A DNA stretch of 64,000 nucleotides. It comes from Octopus sinensis (lineage: Eukaryota). The translations under genes were made by a program, and so were the position numbers. The notes below the pieces were generated by a model, which saw nothing but the letters and a program-made list of their open reading frames with translations, did not search any database and was not told the origin of the DNA. Position 1 is the stretch's first letter. The number at the start of each line of letters is the position of its first letter. Location of the stretch: NCBI RefSeq assembly GCF_006345805.1, contig NC_042997.1, positions 111,104,001-111,168,000 on the forward strand, written 5' to 3'. Positions 1 to 12,369 of this stretch are shown here, piece after piece.

Positions 1-2
1 TG

Positions 3-33
<31 letters not shown>

Positions 34-49
34 TATATACATATACACG

Positions 50-77
<28 letters not shown>

Positions 78-80
<3 letters not shown>

Positions 81-485
81 CATTATTGTCATTTAACGTC
101 CGCTTTCCATGCTAGCATGGGTTGGACGATTTGACTGAGGGCTGGCAAGCCAGAAGGCTGCACCAGGCTCCAATCTGATCTGGCATTGTTTCTACAGCTG
201 GATGCCCTTCCTAACACCAACCATTCTGAGAGTGTAGTGGGTGCTTTTATGTGCCAACAGCATGAGGGCCAGTCAGGCGGTACTGGCATCGACCACGCTT
301 AAATGGTGCTTTTTATGTGCCACCTGCATGGAAGCCAGTCTGGCAGCACTGACATAGGCCACGGTTATGGTCTCACTCAGCTTGCCGGGACTTCTCAAGT
401 ACAGCATATCTCCAAAGGTCTCAGTCACTTGTCATTATCTTGGTGAAGCCCAATGTTCAAAGGTCGTGCTTCACCACCTCAACCC
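78..485 (-). mobile_element. RTE LINE 3' UTR/tail fragment
   Basis: Matches the reverse complement of the 3' UTR that follows the RTE ORF at 20230-20625 (aacgtccgctttccatgctagcatgggttggacg...gcccttcctaac). Confidence 0.85.
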
Positions 486-504
486 AGGTCTTCTTATATA
501 TATA

Positions 505-2064
505 TATGTATATAATCTTCAGAGGTTTTGGGGCACCAGGTTTTTGGGATCTAACAATACACCATAAAGCTAAACCCTTTATGGATGGGAAACCTAAGGT
601 AAACCCATAAACCAGCCTTCTCTAGTTTTGCTATATATCAATATATATAGTTTGAAATTATACAAAAAGCACTCTTAAATTCTATTTGGCTGTTTCCCTT
701 TATATATTTGTAGATGGGGTTACTGCAGATCCCACTTCTACTATCTCCACATTCTTTCACAAAGAATTCGGTTTTATTCTCTGATGAGAATTTTGCTCTT
801 GTCAGTTGTTTCTTCAGGTTTTTCTCTTAGAGTTTACTGTTTCTTATGCAGTATTTGTTTAATAAGTTTCCCATTTTGGGGCTTTGTAGGACTATTGGTA
901 AGTTTGATTGTATAATTTGTAACATGTTGGTAACTCCAGGGTTGTGTGTGTTTATGAATGGGATGATGTTTTCTTTGCTTTCCTTTTTTGGAGTTCTGAG
1001 TTGTGTGATATCCAGTTTCATTGCTCTTGAGATTCCGTTTTCTATTAGTTTGAGTGGATATTTCTGTTCTAGTAGGAAGTTTTTAAGTTCATCTAGTCTT
1101 ATTTGGCGTGTTTGTGAGTCAGCCACTGTGCTGCAGGTGTGTCTTGTCATACTATATGGAATGTTTCTTTTTATGTGGGATGGGTGGCAGGAGTAGAAAT
1201 TTAAATATTGGTGTGTGTTGGTTTTTTATTATAATAGATATCTGTTGTGATGATGGAGTTGTGTATCTTGACGTTGATGTCTTGAAAGGGAAGTTTGTTA
1301 AAGCTGGTTTCTGTTGTAAAGTTGATAGATGTGTGCAGTGTGTTGAGGATGTTGTGGAATGTTCATAGATCTTCTTCTGATCTGTTCCAAAAGATGATGC
1401 AGTCATCGAGGTAGCGTTTCCACTTTTTCTTAATGTCTTCTCTGAAGTCGTGTTCGAAGATTTTCCCTATTTCCTCGTATAGTTTGTTCTCAAGGAAACC
1501 TATAACCAGGTTGGCATATGAAGGTGCGAATTTCGTACCCATAGCCATACCCTTTATCTGTCGGTATGTCTTGTTAAATGTGAATGTGTTTTCTTCAAGT
1601 ATTAATTGGGTGGCTTTGGTGATAAAGTCTGTTTTGAAGCATTTATCTATGAATTCCTTGTAGTTTTCTACATAGTGTTTTACTACCTCCAGACCCAGGG
1701 TGTGTTGTATGTGTGTGTATAAGTTTGTGACATCGAAGCTTGCAAGTATGGTGTTTTAAGGAACCATATTTGGAATGTGTTTGAGAAAGTCTATGTCATC
1801 CCTTAAGTAGCTTGGTATCAGTGGGCATAAAGATTTGAGGAGTACATCTATGAAGTGATTTAGTTGTTTTGGTGATATATATATATAAAACCCTCCTTCC
1901 CTTTTATCTGCCTCCCACACATAAACGGTGACTGACTTTCTATCTTCCACCTTTTTCCCACTGGTCAACCATTTTTCTCCTCTCTTCTCAATTCTGTTCT
2001 TTATATCCATTTGAAGATTTCTCTCAGTCATTAATCCATCATTCACGTGTTTGGCCCAAACCAC
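505..2064 (-). mobile_element. Penelope-like element, degenerate RT and thumb region, 5'-truncated, endonuclease region deleted
   Basis: Frameshifted pieces: IPSYLRDDIDFL, SFDVTNLYT, GMAMGTKFAPSYANL...RYLDD, ELKNFLLEQKYP...IPFINTHNP; linker CGDSRSGIC near 690-760; no GIY-YIG seen. Confidence 0.9.
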
Positions 2065-2069
2065 TATAT

Positions 2070-2335
2070 TTATTCATTTATTGTCTTTGTCTTCTATTTC
2101 AAATTACTGCTGTTTACTTTCGTACGTTCACCCTGTATTCTTTTGTTTGCTCAAGCCCTAATTCTCCTCAAATCTTGCAGGTGCCACCAATATGCGAAGT
2201 TCCTAGCCTTATCATTAAAGGCATGAAACTAGGTGTTAGTATATTTCAGTCAGAAACTGATGAAGAATTAGGGTCCTGGTGTCTGTCTTACATGTATGTT
2301 TTGTAGTATTTAATGCATTTTCATTTATATTATAT
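2070..2335 (+). mobile_element. Probable inverted pLTR/3' end attached to the 5' end of the Penelope fragment
   Basis: Abuts the PLE truncation point, is pyrimidine-rich, and ends in a cattttcatttatatt(at)n tail; matches the usual PLE arrangement. Confidence 0.4.
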
Positions 2336-2399
2336 ATATCATCATTATCATCATCATCATCCTCATCCTCATCATCATCATCATCATCATACATACATA

Positions 2400-2578
2400 C
2401 ATATATACAACAGGCTTCTTTCAATTTCCGTCTCCCAAATCCACTCATAAGGATTTAGTCAGCCTGAGGCTATAGCAAAGGACACTTGCCCAAGGTGCCA
2501 CACAGTGGGACTGAACCCAGTACCATGTGGTTGGGAAGCAAGCTTCTTATCCTGCAGCCACACCTGCACCTATGTATA
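2400..2578 (-). mobile_element. tRNA-derived SINE family A, 5' part
   Basis: Reverse complement of the family A head (ggctg..gg..agaagcttgcttcccaaccacatggt..gggttcagtcccactg). Confidence 0.85.
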
Positions 2579-2960
2579 TATAGGTGTGTGTTAAGAAGCT
2601 TGCTTCCCAACCACATTGTTCTAGGTTCAGTCCCACTGTGTGGCATCTTGGGCAAGTATCCTTTGCTATAGCCTCAGGGTGACCAAAGACTTGTGACTGG
2701 ATTTGGTAGAAGCAAACTGAAAGAAGCCCGTTGTATATATATGTATGTATGTATATGCTTGTGTTTCTGTGTTTGTCCCGCCACCATCCCTTGACAACAG
2801 ATGTTAGTGTGCTTATGTTCCCACTACTTAGCAGTTCAGCAAAAGAAACCGATAGAATAATTACTAGGCTTGCTAAGAATAAGTCCTGCGGTCAATTTGT
2901 TCGATTAAAGGCAGTGCTCCAACATGGCCACAGTCAAATGACTGAAACAAGTAAAATAAT
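2579..2960 (+). mobile_element. tRNA-derived SINE family A
   Basis: Head with B-box-like ggttcagtccc, internal (TA/TG)n, tail catggccacagtcaaatgactgaaacaagtaaaa. Confidence 0.9.
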
Positions 2961-2999
<39 letters not shown>

Positions 3000-3289
3000 G
3001 ACAGACAGACAGACAGATAAACACATGTATGTATATCTATTTGCATGAATGCGTGTGTGCGTGTGTGTGTGTGTTTGTGTGTATGTGAGTGTGTGTGTAT
3101 TCGTATTCTATATTGCACCAGAAACTGCCACATGCTAAAACTATTTGATGGAGGGAAAAAGACAGTTTGAGAGATAAAAATTGGTTACAGGGGACATAAC
3201 TAAGTGTAAAAGCAGAGAAACATTTTGTGGGAGACAAAATAAAACTTTTCACAATAATTTAGGCAGCTCTATCAGTCTATCATATATAC

Positions 3290-3320
<31 letters not shown>

Positions 3321-3652
3321 TACACACACATACATATACAGAGAGACAGAGACAGGGAGACAGAAAGAGAGAGAGAGAGAGAGAAACAGACAGAGGAGAT
3401 AGATAGATAAATATAATGGTAGTCACATACCTACCACAATCTGTATATGAGTAAATGTGTGTGTGTGTGTATGTGCGTGTCTGTGTGTGCGTGTGTGTGT
3501 GTGTGTAAATGTACATATGCGTCTGTTTGTCAGTGTGTATATGTGCCTGTTACTTATCAAAGTTTTATTACTGCATAACATGAAAGTCTCAGCCATTCGG
3601 GAACTTTGGATGTCTGTTGATTAAAAGTAACACTCACACACTCATTTATGTA

Positions 3653-3688
<36 letters not shown>

Positions 3689-3744
3689 TGTGTGTGTGTG
3701 TGTATATATGTGTGTATGTATTTATGTAAATATTTACTGGTTTC

Positions 3745-4760
3745 AGTCATTTGACTGCGGCCATGCTGGAGCACCGCCTTTAGTCGAGCATTTCGATCCC
3801 AGAACATTCTTTGTAAGCCTAGTACTTATTCTATCAGTCTTTTTGCTGAACTGCTAGGTTACGGGGACGTAAACACACCAGCATCAGTTGTGAAGCGATG
3901 TTGGTGGGGGGACAAACACAAACACACAGAAATATACACCTACACACACACACGCGCGCGTGCACACACACACACACACACACACATATACAACAGGCTT
4001 CTTTCACTTTCCCTCTACCGAATTTACTCACAAAGCTTTGGTTGATCCGAGGCTATAGTGGAAGACACTTGCCCAAGGTACCACACAGTGGAACTGAACC
4101 CGGAACCTTGTGGTTGGTAAGCAAGCTGCTTACCACACAGCCACTCCTGCGCCTACGCACACACACAAGCACATATATATATATATATACGACAGGCTTC
4201 TTTCAGTTTCCGTCTACCAAATCCACTCACAAGGCTTTGGTCGGCCCAAGGCTATAGTAGAAGACACTTGCCCAAGATGCCACACAGTGGAACTGAACCC
4301 AGCTACTTACCACACAGCCACTCCAGTACCTGTGTGTATATATTATTTTATTCTTTTATTCGTTTCAATCATGTGACTGTGGCCATGCTGCAGTACCGCT
4401 TTGAAGAGTTTTAGTGGAACAAATTGTTCCCAGGACTTTTTTTGAAGCCCAGTACTTATTCTATCATCCTCTTTTGCTGAACTGCTAAGTTACGGGGATT
4501 TAAACACACCAACACTAGTTGTCAACTGGTGATGGGAGGGACAAATATAGACACAAAAACACATATGCATACACACACACACACTCACATACACACACAC
4601 AACAGGCTTCTTTCAGTTTCCATCTACCATATCCAGTGACAAGGCTTTGGTCAGCCCAAGGCTATGGTTGAAGATACTTGCCCAAGGTGCCATGCATTCA
4701 AACTGAACCTGGAACCATGTGGTTGGGAAGCAAGCTTCTTACCACAAAGCCATGCCTATA
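3745..4760 (-). mobile_element. Three tandem SINE family A copies (about 3745-4160, 4190-4335, 4360-4760)
   Basis: Repeated reverse complements of the family A consensus. Confidence 0.85.
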
Positions 4761-4779
4761 TATGTCCTTATTTATCTAT

Positions 4780-5406
<627 letters not shown>

Positions 5407-5499
5407 ATTTCTATATGAATAATATATAGTCTAATGACTAATTCGTTTTTTGTGCTAGGCCACTGGTAATAATAATTTACTATTACCCTATTTTGTTAT

Positions 5500-5537
<38 letters not shown>

Positions 5538-5920
5538 CAGAAGCTTGCTTCCCAGCCACATGGTCCCATGTTCAGTCCCACTACATGCCACCTTAGCAAG
5601 TGTCAAGTGTCTTCTTCTATAACCCTAGGCCAATGAAAGCCTTGTGAGTGGATTTGGTGGACAAACTGAAAAAAGCCCTTCGTATGTATGCGTGTGCATG
5701 AATGAGTGTGTGTGTGTGTGTATCTTTGTGTGTGTTTGTCCCCACCCACCACTTGACAAACTGTATTTGTGTCTTTGTGTCCCCATAGCTTAGCGGTTCA
5801 GCAAAAGAGATTGATAGAATAAGTGACAATCTTTAAAAAAAAGATACTGGGGTTGATTATTTGGCTAAAAATTCTTCAAGGCTGTGCCCCAGCATGGCCA
5901 CAGTCTAATGACTAAAATAA
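5538..5920 (+). mobile_element. SINE family A
   Basis: Matches the family A consensus. Confidence 0.85.
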
Positions 5921-5924
5921 TTAC

Positions 5925-5966
<42 letters not shown>

Positions 5967-6457
5967 TAAGCACCATTCAAGCATGGGTTGATGCCAGTGC
6001 TATAGGAGTGGCTCCCCATGCTAGTGGCACATAAAAAGTACCATTCAAACAGGACAGTGAAAACAAACTGACAACAATGTGCCTGATCCCTGCAATTGAT
6101 CAAAAGGAAAGAAAAGAAATTCAAGTTAGGAAAAGAAAGATGGCTGATGGTCACATGCAAGTAATGAGAGAGCAAAGAAAGAAGAGTGAGGGAGAGAGAG
6201 GGACAGACAGGAAGTGTCGTTCTTTATGTTGTTTGTCTTGTTTTCCATTTATTTCTTTCGTTGTTCTCAAAAAAAGTTCATATACCATGTTTTCGTATTT
6301 CGCATTTCATGTTGTTTACATTCTGTGACATCCTGTTCCCATATATGCACATGTGTAAGTATGTACATATATGTATGTATATATGTGTGTGTATATATAT
6401 ATATACAATTTATATTATTATATGATTGAACACCATGCATCCATTTCCAAAAAAGTT

Positions 6458-6690
<233 letters not shown>

Positions 6691-6806
6691 TATGTATATA
6701 TTTTGCTTCTGTCACCTGAAATTTACAAATCTTTTCCAGTTGTCCTATGAATTCTTCAATGCATGAATTTTGAATCACTTGATTGAAGCCATAGAAGCAC
6801 TCTCAC

Positions 6807-6931
6807 CGATTCCGATGCTCAAATGATTGCAAACCATTCAGCAATTTCATTTGAATCCTATCAACTTCTCTAAGCTGTTCTTGAATTCCAATTTTATAAA
6901 ATTCACAAAAATGAACCAGTTCCAATAATTT
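6807..6931 (-). CDS. Candidate internal exon, or part of a decayed ORF (KLLELVHFCEFYKIGIQEQLREVDRIQMKLLNGLQSFEHRN)
   Basis: tttattctcag acceptor, gtgaga donor, only one of three frames open; product not recognised. Confidence 0.3.
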
Positions 6932-7698
6932 CTGAGAATAAATTTGAATTGATTCAATCAGATGTTGTGATAAGAATCAGACTTTTCTGAAATTACCAAT
7001 TTCTTCTGAAGACTAACTCATGACATTATCACAGATCTTTTACTGCTAAATTTCTTTTCTTCAAATTCCACTTGTTTATTAAACAAACTTTCCATATAAC
7101 CAAAATATCTGATTTCAACAAAACCAAATATGCTATTTGTTTTGGGGGTGTTTTTTCTTTTTGTTTGTTTATCTTTAACTCTTTTAATACACCCCACAAC
7201 TACCCCCATCTGAGACCATTCATGGTTCTTTGATGCAAACTTCCTGTTTTAAAATGATCCAAACTAAAACCTTTTTTCGAAATTTCTCATTAATTTGTTT
7301 CAAACACCAACTTAATATTTACAAAGTAATTTTACTAATTGTTATTTTCAAAATTAATTAAAACAAGGGCAGTGTATTCTAACAGATATATGGCAACAAA
7401 AGGGTTAAAGTGATCTCAGTTGTAAGCTTCTATCAAAACATGATAATTCATGTTCCAAACACCAACTTAATAATGACAAAGTTATTTTAGTATATTCTAA
7501 TTATTTCCAAGATTAACTGAAACAAAAGTGGTGGATTTCAACAGAAATATTGTAACGAAAGGGTTAAAGTGATCTAAATTGAAATTGTCCATCAAAATTT
7601 TATGCTAATTTCTTTTTCAAATACCAACTTGATAATGACTGAATTATTTTACTAAATTCTTTATGAATTTCCAAATTTATTGAAACAGATGTAGTGTA

Positions 7699-8649
7699 CA
7701 TTATTTACATTTGATGGATATTTGTCCTCATCTTGTTTGTTGTTAACACAATGTATACCATCCAGCCTTCATCAGGTGTCTTGGAGAAACTTTGAACCTG
7801 GGTTCTCATTCCTAAGGTATTTTTCAATGTTGTTGTTATTCATCATCATCATCATCATCGTTTAACGTCTGTTTTCCATGCTAGCATGGGTTGGACGGTT
7901 TGACCGGGGTCTGGGAAGCCAGGAGGCTGCACCAGGCTCCAGTCTGATCTGACAAAGTTTCTACAGCTGGATGCCCTTCCTAACGCCATCCACTCCATGA
8001 GTGTAGTGGGTGCTTTTTACATGCTACCAGCACAGGTGCCAGGCAAGGCTGGCAATGGCCATGATCAGTTGGTGTTTTTTACATGCCACTGGCACAGAAG
8101 CCAGTCAAGGCAGAGCTGGCATTGGCCACGTTTGGATGGTGCATTTTATGTGCCACCGGCACAGGTATCACTACTATTTTCCATTTGATTTTTTGATGTT
8201 GATGTACTTGACTCAACAGGTCTCCTCAAGCACAGTGTGTGTATATATATATCATTGTCATCATCAGAGTTTTATGTCCAAAGAAGGAAAAGTATGCATA
8301 AGTGGGCTGGCTACAAACCTGGTAAAGGCCACGTGTTGTGGTCTCACTTGTCCTGCCGGGTCTTCTCACGCACAGCATATTTCCAAAGGTTATTAGTATT
8401 ATTATTATTTTTATTATTATTATTAATATTATTCAGGTCACTGCCTGGAATCAAGCTCGGAATCTTGGGTTTAGGAGCCTGTGCTCTTAACCACTATGCC
8501 ATATGCCCATGAGTATATGGCATTGTGGTTTCCCAAGACACCTGTTAACAACAAACAAGAAGAGGACATATATCCGTCAAATGTAAATAATGTAAATAAC
8601 GTACATAATTCCTCATCTCTTAGATATAGAACTGTATCATCTAATCGGT
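7699..8649. mobile_element. Palindromic tRNA-head/hammerhead element, locus 1, with an RTE tail inserted in its linker
   Basis: TSD acagatg(t/c)agtgta at 7685-7698 and 8650-8663; tail and HHR remnant 7699-7840 (-); head 8431-8508 (-); head stub and tail 8511-8634 (+). Confidence 0.8.
7841..8390 (-). mobile_element. RTE LINE 3' UTR/tail
   Basis: (CAT)n-cgtttaacgtc... reverse complement of the RTE 3' UTR. Confidence 0.85.
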
Positions 8650-9599
8650 ACAGATGCAGTGTATTTCTGTAGAAATATGTTAACAAAAAATTTCAAGTGA
8701 TCCAAATTAAAACCTTTCTTGAAAATATCATGTTAATTTACGTTCCAAGCATCAACTCAATAATGACAAATTTTTTTTACAAAATCCTTCATTATTTTCA
8801 AACTTGAAATGAAAGCAGGATATTTCAACCGAAATATGGTGACACAAGGGTTAATGTCAGGAAACCCCTTCGTTCTTGCTGTAACAGAAAGGCATTATAA
8901 CCAAATCTCTCTGAAATCCTGGTCATTAAGGGGAAGTCCATTCTCATTAATTGATGCCATTATTGTGCTTTTGGGCTTTTATCCAGATAAAGATTTAGTT
9001 ACCCATAATCGTTTACGATCAGAAACTTCATTCAGTTGCCAAGCTCTGACATTGAACTGGACACCATCTTAAAGACTTTTAAGCAGATTGTGAAATACAG
9101 GCAGTGCCATGCCTTAATATAATGTAAGACACATCTATAGGGCTGCTGATGCTATTACCACCACCACCACCACCTCTTCTCCACTGCCATCATCGCCACT
9201 GCCACCACCACCACCACCACTATTGCTGCTGATACTACTTCTACTACTACCACCACCACCCTTATTCCCCCCCAAACCCTCATTGTGTCAGCTATATTCA
9301 CCCCGTCACCCCGTTACCCTTTCCCCATCTCTTCCCCCTCACACACTCCTGCAGCTTCCACCCACCCACCCACATTCCCACTTCTGTCTTCACTCTGTTT
9401 TATTCACCTCAAACCTTCTCACACATACCTAGTCCCCAATCTCTCATCTCTTCCCAGTTCCACCTTGATCATCGCTTCCCCTTTGCACCCTTCTCATATG
9501 TGAGTAACTGTGTGGCCCCCTTACAGCCAGGAACCTGTTCTGCTCTGACCCTTTCTCTCATATTTTAACCTCTCATCTCCAAGCAGAAAGCAGCTGTCT

Positions 9600-9835
9600 T
9601 AGGGTTTGTAGAATTACAAGCTAGATGGTGACCTCACTAGTGTTGGTTCCCCATTAAAAGACCCCAGTCCTCACTCTGTAAGGTGGTCGGTGTTAGGAAG
9701 GGCACCCAGCCATAGACCCATTGCCAAAGTAGATGCGGGAGCACAATGAGGCACTCCTTGGACTTATAAGATCCTGCCAAACCGTCAAAATGTCAAACTC
9801 ATGCTTGCATAGAAAATGGACATTAAATGACAGTT
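9600..9835 (+). mobile_element. Diverged RTE-type 3' tail
   Basis: gttaggaagggcacccagcc...catgcttgcatagaaaatggacattaaatga. Confidence 0.65.
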
Positions 9836-9849
9836 TCAAATTTTGCTAC

Positions 9850-10045
9850 AAGGACAGCAATTTTGGGGGAGTGGATTGGCCAATTTCATTGACCCCAGTG
9901 CTTAACTGGTACTCAATTTATTGGCCCTGAAAGGATAAAAGGCAAAGCAACCTTGGTGAAATTTGAACTCACTATGTAGCAATTGGCAAAATGCTTAGCA
10001 GCATTTTGCCTGGCATGCTGACAATTCTGCCAGTTTGCCGCCTTT
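9850..10045 (-). mobile_element. tRNA-derived SINE family C
   Basis: Reverse complement begins aaggcggcaaactggcagaattgtcagc...gagttcaaatt; other fragments near 10115-10260, 14170-14340, 22385-22550 and 63760-63870. Confidence 0.7.
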
Positions 10046-10048
10046 ATA

Positions 10049-10117
<69 letters not shown>

Positions 10118-10344
10118 CCTTTCTACTGAAGACACAAAGCCTTCAAATTTGGGGGGAGGGAACTAGTCGATTACATTGACCCCAACATTTCACTGGTACT
10201 TAATTTTATCAACCCCAAACATTTTGTCGGTCGCTAACGATTCTGGCAGCTCAAAGCCTTAATGGACATTAAATAATGATGACGATGGTGATGGTGATGG
10301 TGATGACAATGGCACTTATGTCTTCCAGAAGCTTACTTTTACTC

Positions 10345-10549
10345 TTTTACTTTTTTACTTGTTTCAGTCATTTGACTGTGGCCATGCTGGAGCACTGCCT
10401 TAAGTCGAGCGAATCGACCCCAGGACTTATTCTTTGTAAGCCTAGTACTTATTCTATCGGTCTCTTTTGCCGAACCGCTAAGTTACCTGGACGTAAACAC
10501 ACCAGCATCGGTTGTGAGGCAATGTTGAGAGGGGACAAACACAGACACA

Positions 10550-10588
<39 letters not shown>

Positions 10589-10732
10589 GTCTACCAAATC
10601 CACTCACAAGGCTTTGGTCGGACCAAGGATATAGTAGAAGATACTTGCCCAAAGTACCACGCAGTGGGACTGAACACGGAACCATGTGGTTGGTAAGTAA
10701 GCTACTTACCACACAGCCACTCCTGCGCCTAT
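10345..10732 (-). mobile_element. SINE family A, full length
   Basis: Matches the family A consensus end to end. Confidence 0.9.
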
Positions 10733-11431
10733 AAGCTTCTATAATTTTCTAGGCTAACATATCCAACTGTTTGTTTTTTTAAAATTTTTATGAAATTAAG
10801 TAATTTTATTTTTAAAACCGATTCATTTATCTTTGAAGAGCTCCAGAAAGAAATCTAATTTTAGGCGGCGATGGTGTGGTGGCAGTCTCAGACCACTTCA
10901 CCAGCTGGTACTGCAATGGCTTTAACCTTGAAACAAAACAATAGCAGTGCCTTTCAGCTGGGGTGGGTGGGGTGGGGTCGAAGGGGGTGTTGGGGAATTG
11001 CATTGAAATTTTTGAAATTATCTAAATATTGTACATTGGGTGGATGGGCGGAGGGGGGGGTGAAGTGGGGGTGGGGGGCCAGGGTGATATAGTATGCTTT
11101 GACACTTGTCAGAAATTTGGCGACATACATGGACACAAGTGCGAAATGAGGACATGCCACAGGAATAAGACACGATAACAATATATAAAACAACAACATC
11201 AACAACAACAAAAAACAAAAAAAAGGCTGTGCTGAAAGTAAAAATTACATTTTATTTAGAAATTACATTTTATTTAAGTATTTAAATCTAGGATGAAGAT
11301 GTTTTAACAAACATATTCCGAAACCATATAAAAATATTGGAGTAGGAGTGGCTGTGTGGTAAGAAGCTTGCTTCCCAACCACCAACCACATGGTTCCAGG
11401 TTCAGTCCCACTGCATGGCACCTTGGGAAAG

Positions 11432-11810
11432 TCATCATCATCATCATCATCGTTTAACACCTGTCTTCCAAGCTGGCATGGGTTAGACAGTTCGACTAGG
11501 ATCTAGGAAGCCAGGAGGCTGCACCAGGCTCCAGTCTGATCTGGCAGTGTTTCTACAGCTGGATGCATGTAAAAAGCACCAACCGATCGTGGCCATTGCC
11601 ATCCTCCCCTAGCTCCTGTGCCACTGGCACATAAAAAGCACCCATTACGCTCACGGAGTGGTTGGCATTAGGAAAGGCATCCAGCTGTAGAAACACTGCC
11701 TAATCAGACTGGAGCCTGGTGCAGCCTCCTGGTTTCCCAGACCCTGGTCGAACCGTCCAACCCGTGCTAGCATGGAAAACGGACATTAAACGATGATGGT
11801 GATGATGAAC
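11432..11810. mobile_element. Two divergent RTE 3' tails (11432-11566 -, 11567-11810 +) following a SINE A head at 11338-11430
   Basis: Both ends carry (GAT)n tails pointing outward. Confidence 0.75.
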
Positions 11811-12369
11811 GTAAAGTGCTAAGCACTTTGGTGTTCTAACTATTCTGCCAATTTGCTGCCTTAATTTCAACAAATATTGCATTAGTTTATTAACTGATAT
11901 ATTTATTATACATGTGTTCATGTGTGTGTGTGTGTGTGTGTTTTTCCAGCAGCACTAAGAGTGATTTGACAAAAGCCACAGTATCATGCATTTCTACGGT
12001 GTATATACATTTAGTATGATATAGAGGTGGGGATGGAGACAAGTACCAACACTTCCATGTGGCATGCTTGAACAATTCTGAAGTTCTCACCACATGAAAC
12101 AATTGGTAGCCTTGTCAATAAAGTATACAATATACATATTATTGATGTCAATAGCATACAATTCTTGTTGGTAAGAATAAAGTCACTAAAATGGAAAAAG
12201 AAATCTGAAGTATTGCTTTGATCCATTGGTGGAACACCTGTCATGTATACAGGAGTTGTGGGTTCAAGTTTCACAGGTAGCGTTCGACTTTTGCAACCCA
12301 ATTTCAAAAAAGATATATATATATACAGTGTCACATTACTGGCATTTGAGCCCTGTGCTAGTAGGGTAT

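Larger units (their letters stand above)
7239..8854. mobile_element. Tandem ~160-bp units ending AAGGG-TTAA (piggyBac-like right ends), interrupted by later insertions
   Basis: Units end at 7408, 7567 and 8854; the array starts after a TTAA at 7239-7242. Confidence 0.55.

Noticed and set aside
2170-2260. Possible hammerhead in the terminus next to the Penelope fragment
   Set aside because: CTGATGA at about 2255 has no downstream GAAA; the upstream GAAAC has no CUGANGA and would give a non-cleavable GUG.
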